A DNA stretch of 24,649 bases from Ginkgo biloba (lineage: Eukaryota; Plantae; Ginkgophyta), in contig JANKJI020000002.1 of NCBI GenBank assembly GCA_024626585.2, positions 50,457,394-50,482,042 of the forward strand, given 5' to 3'. The translations under genes and the position numbers were made by a program. Each line of letters opens with the position of its first letter. Positions within the stretch are counted from its first letter, which is position 1. The notes under the pieces were generated by a model. It saw only the letters and a program-made list of their open reading frames with translations, was not told where the DNA came from and did no database searches. Positions 20,630-24,649 of this stretch are shown here, in pieces.

Positions 20630-21788
20630 CGGTGGATCAGTTTTATAAACTGGCATTTTCGATGAGTTTATGTCGCAAGATGACATTATTGGGCACCGAT
20701 ATCGATGGAGGAGCAAGGGACATTGGAGGTTGACATTGTTGGTGAACTATTTGAAGACTAACATGAGTTGATAGAGTGATAAGGGAAGATCAACTAACAT
20801 CGTCGATAAGGCACAACAATAAGGATGATCAAGATCCGTTAGGGAGGACAGACATCATCGAGCTAAGATAAACTGACACCGACATATATTTTGAGGAGTT
20901 GACCTCGTCGAATGAAAGAAGGTTCACCGACATAGGTTTAACATATGAAAGCTAGTGATGGGTAGCCATGTTGAATGGTTTTATGTTGAAGGTGGGTGTC
21001 AATGGAGAGGAGAGTTGGTGATTTCAACACCTACCAAAATAAATGCATATTCATGCACCTAAAATTCGAAGAAGATCATAATGCAGGAGAATGTTGAAGT
21101 GAAGTTAATGAGACACTATCAGGCATCTGTAGAAGATGATTAAGGGTGCAGAGAAGGATAATAAATAATTTAATTGTAGCATTAATGGTAGAAACCATTA
21201 GGGCATGGATTTCCACCTAATCTAGTCGTTGGAGCCAAAGCAAAAAGCATCCAGAATTGTTGAAGCTCAAGTATAAATAGCCTACAAATTGAAGAAGAAA
21301 GGGTTGGAGAGATTACTCATTGTTTATTGAGAAAACGTAGAGGGCGATATTCGTGGAACAACTCAGTGAGCGAGTGGCACCAATGTGTAGTAGTGGGCAA
21401 TTGGATTTTTAATAGGATTGAAAGAAAGGAAGCTGCAGGAGTTTGAGAGGTGGAGAACCTTGAGATGGGGACGTGAACTGTGAGGAAGATACTCGCCCCG
21501 TGATTTGGGGCGAACGGGCTGAACTTCAGCGATCGACGGTACCCAAGTCATGTAGTGGTGGAGACATAGACTAAAGCTTTTTGTATTCCAGGCTGCGACT
21601 TGAGCTGTGAATCTGGTTGAATGTAATCACCTCCAATAGGGGGGGGGTTGTGCGCTGCAGAGGCATATGTAAGAAGTGTTGAATGTAAGAATCTGTTGTG
21701 GCTAATAATGACCTGGAGTTTTATTCCTCGAGAGGGTTTCTCTAGTTGAAAGTCTGTGTGTTGATCTTTTGTCTTGGTTTCTGTGTGA
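20630..21788 (+). mobile_element. LTR-like segment, less decayed than its neighbours, both ends in gaps
   Basis: Repeated GACATY(G/A)TCG/CACCGAC-like motifs in a U3-like part, TATAAATA at 21272-21279, U5-like GTTTTATTCCTCGAGAGGGTTTCTC at ~21718-21742, and many CpGs retained. Confidence 0.55.
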
Positions 21789-22959
21789 NNNNNNNNNNNN
21801 NNNNNNNNNNNNNNNNNNNNNNNNNNNNNNNNNNNNNNNNNNNNNNNNNNNNNNNNNNNNNNNNNNNNNNNNNNNNNNNNNNNNNNNNTATCATTACCAT
21901 TGGTCAATCTGGTCAAAGTCATTATGTTCACTGGTACACAAAATCTAAGCAACAACAAGTGGGATAGTTATTTATGCTAAAGAAAGTTATAAGGTATAGT
22001 TGGCCATGAAAACCTTAATCACCCCTATATATCTTTATTTTATTCTTTATGAGTAGGTCATGTTGTACTTCCATAGAGATGTAAACATATAAAATTTCTA
22101 GTGAAACCTTACTTTGTATTGATGTAGGTGATAGTGATATTGTTAAAACTACTACAAAGAAAAGAGAATGGTATGGGTGGAATTAAAAAGAATGAAGAAT
22201 GAGAAGAGGTGTGATATGGGAATATACTCTTCTTCTCCTAGTGTTTTGCATGACATGAAGATTTCCATACAACATGCAAAGGTGGGTGGTGGTGAGAGAT
22301 CTATATAAAACCTCTTCTCAAGAATAAATCTTTCTCTGACACAACTTGGGTATAGCCTGGGTCTAGGGGATATGATGGATAGGTGATTATGGAAATATTG
22401 GATTACATGTTCCCTCCCATCACCTAAAGAATGAAATAAATCTATCCTAGGGATTAACTTTCCACTAGATATTCATAGTTGTCAGGACATGTGAAACCTG
22501 GCTCCATCTTCTTTACAATACAAATAATTATATCGATTGACCAACTAAAGGCAACAAAGAGAGGAAGTTTATGCAAGTTGAGATGAATTTGATTGGTAGA
22601 TGCACCTACCTATGATGGATCATAGNNNNNNNNNNNNNNNNNNNNNNNNNNNNNNNNNNNNNNNNNNNNNNNNNNNNNNNNNNNNNNNNNNNNNNNNNNN
22701 NNNGTCTTTGAACTTTGTTGTAACCACTTATTGATGAATAAAAGAAACTAAAACTTTTTGTTTGCATGATTTTGTAAATTTTTTACTGCAAAAATTTTAA
22801 ATAAAATCATCGGCATAATTATTTATATGATTTACAAAATTCTTCTTTTTTGACTCACACATAGAAGCATTTGAGTTATTTCCTATTAACTAGAATAGGC
22901 ATGATATTACCATTTTCTTGAGCGAGCTTGAATGCATTCTCTCCAATCAACTCGATAAT

Positions 22960-23118
22960 TTTATAAGGACCAAGGCAAAGTGAATCAAATTTATGATGAG
23001 CCCTAAGATTTTCTTTGGCTTTGTTCAACATTAAGACCAAATCGTCCTATCAAAATTCCTTACAAGAAGCCTTTTGTTGAAACTCAACTTCATTTTGGCC
23101 TAATTTTTCTGAGAAAAC
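22960..23118 (+). repeat. Dispersed repeat family B, copy 2 (runs into an N gap)
   Basis: See copy 1. Confidence 0.65.
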
Positions 23119-24001
23119 NNNNNNNNNNNNNNNNNNNNNNNNNNNNNNNNNNNNNNNNNNNNNNNNNNNNNNNNNNNNNNNNNNNNNNNNNNNNNNNNNN
23201 NNNNNNNNNNNNNNNNNNTGAAGTAAGCCTACATATTATTACAAGTGAAAATCTATTATAAGTATATTTGAACATAAATTGTAAGTGAAATCATTTTTGG
23301 ACTTCACCTTCATGGTGTAAGAGAGAACCATTTTTTCAAAAGTACTTGACCTATAGAAGGAAGTTGTCTGACAAGTATAAGTGAAGGTGAAAACAAATTG
23401 TAAGTGAATCAGTTGATGGTTTCACTTTTATAATGGTGTAAGTAAGATTATGTCACCCACACTTATACTTTACATGTCATCTATGCCTTGGTTTTAAGTG
23501 GAATATTCTTAAGTCATTTCTTTTATTTTTGAAATTATCTCATCATTAAGTTTTTTTTCCTACCAATGTTTGTTATGAAGACCATTTCATGAAAGAATAT
23601 GATTATACATTTAAAGACTAACATAGTTGGCATCCCACATATATGATAAAATAACCTTATTTGATATNNNNNNNNNNNNNNNNNNNNNNNNNNNNNNNNN
23701 NTATTCAAGTGTTTGAATTAGGAAAATGACTTCCCACATACTCTCTATAATCATGGAAACTTCACCCTCCTCAAGTATTTGTTTTTGCATCCATCTATAT
23801 TGAATACCCCCTCCATTGAAATATACGGGGGTCTTATCATTAAAGTTGGCAGGATTCATTGAGGGGGAGAGGCACAATGGTTAAAAGTACCTAGAATTAG
23901 CATAATTAGAAAGAATGGAAAAAGCGCCTAAACAATCAAGTAGGAAACCATTTAGAGAAGNNNNNNNNNNNNNNNNNNNNNNNNNNNNNNNNNNNNNNNN
24001 N

Positions 24002-24649
24002 GAATTACTAAGAAAATAAATTAGAGAGCTTACTAGATAGAATGGTAGGAGATAATTCACCTACATAAAAAATAGAGTATAGACTCATAATTTTCTATAA
24101 GGAACAACCTTTAACATCGAATACATCCATAGATAAATTTAGAGTTTGCATAGAGAAGGACCTGAGGAACTTGATCAAAAGGAATGAAATCCTTGAGTAT
24201 TTATTGAAGGAAAGTCACATGCATGATTTCTCTTACCAATATTCCATCCATAAGAATGCAAAGATTAAAGAGTTTGCAAAGAACTCTATAAAGGGAAATA
24301 TGAGAGTATAGGGAATATAAATTATGGTCAACAAATAAGTTATTTCAAAATATACCTATGTCCAAGGTACAAGTAAGGCTTAGAGAAAAGAGTGGGTGAA
24401 GGAAGAATATTTTGATAAGTTGGTATAATTTTTTAATAATCAGACTCCAAAAACCTTCATCATAAGTAAGGGTGTACCAATTTAGGCATTACAGTCTCCT
24501 TACAATGACATGGTGATAGTGATTACTAAAAATTTTCCTCTAAAGAAACACCCCTCCTACCTATTTACTCCTCATTTTTTTATTTATGACTACATGGAAG
24601 AAGGAGAGCATGTAGATGTAGCCCAATTTCTATATGACTCACAATATTG
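24002..24649 (+). mobile_element. Decayed retrotransposon accessory-ORF-like fragment
   Basis: Plus-strand frames with stops end in FIYDYMEEGEHVDVAQFL, loosely like the GHTFNWANVI segment at ~16040. Confidence 0.3.

Noticed and set aside
20121-20716. The two longest ORF-track entries (175 and 185 aa) and other X-containing ORFs
   Set aside because: Their length comes from reading through N gaps; no recognisable domains.
1-24649. Prokaryotic or viral systems, tRNA or rRNA genes
   Set aside because: No long intact ORFs, operons or structured RNA genes were seen. Spliceosomal introns and plant TE remnants indicate plant nuclear DNA.

Overview
AT-rich, CpG-depleted eukaryotic (plant) genomic DNA from a gappy scaffold with about 14 N-runs. 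Most of it is nested, heavily decayed transposable elements: Ty3/gypsy gag-protease remnants, LTR/PBS/PPT fragments, an RTE-like LINE fragment and decayed accessory ORFs. This landscape suggests a very large genome, possibly a gymnosperm (inference only). One intact gene sits in this background and is not shown whole in the ORF track: a three-exon minus-strand CLE peptide-hormone gene, join(complement 12164..12065, 11937..11879, 11396..11208). It encodes a 115-aa prepropeptide: MARLLLIITTALVMAMLFICSSWLHAFRPALVAEMQSLEIENDLALPVIKHRMLLQKSMKVGFNRVAHEEEGDQITGFNRSTSQGKPSLLESELRQAPSGPDPLHHNGSPVKISP. The signal peptide, the CLE dodecapeptide RQAPSGPDPLHH, the EL-R context, the HHNGSP tail and the 3-exon layout all point to the CLAVATA3 type. 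Around the gene are a TATA box, a 42-codon uORF whose stop overlaps the start codon (TAATG), a 56-bp tandem duplication in intron 2, and two ~1.4-kb same-orientation copies of one repeat that bracket the locus.
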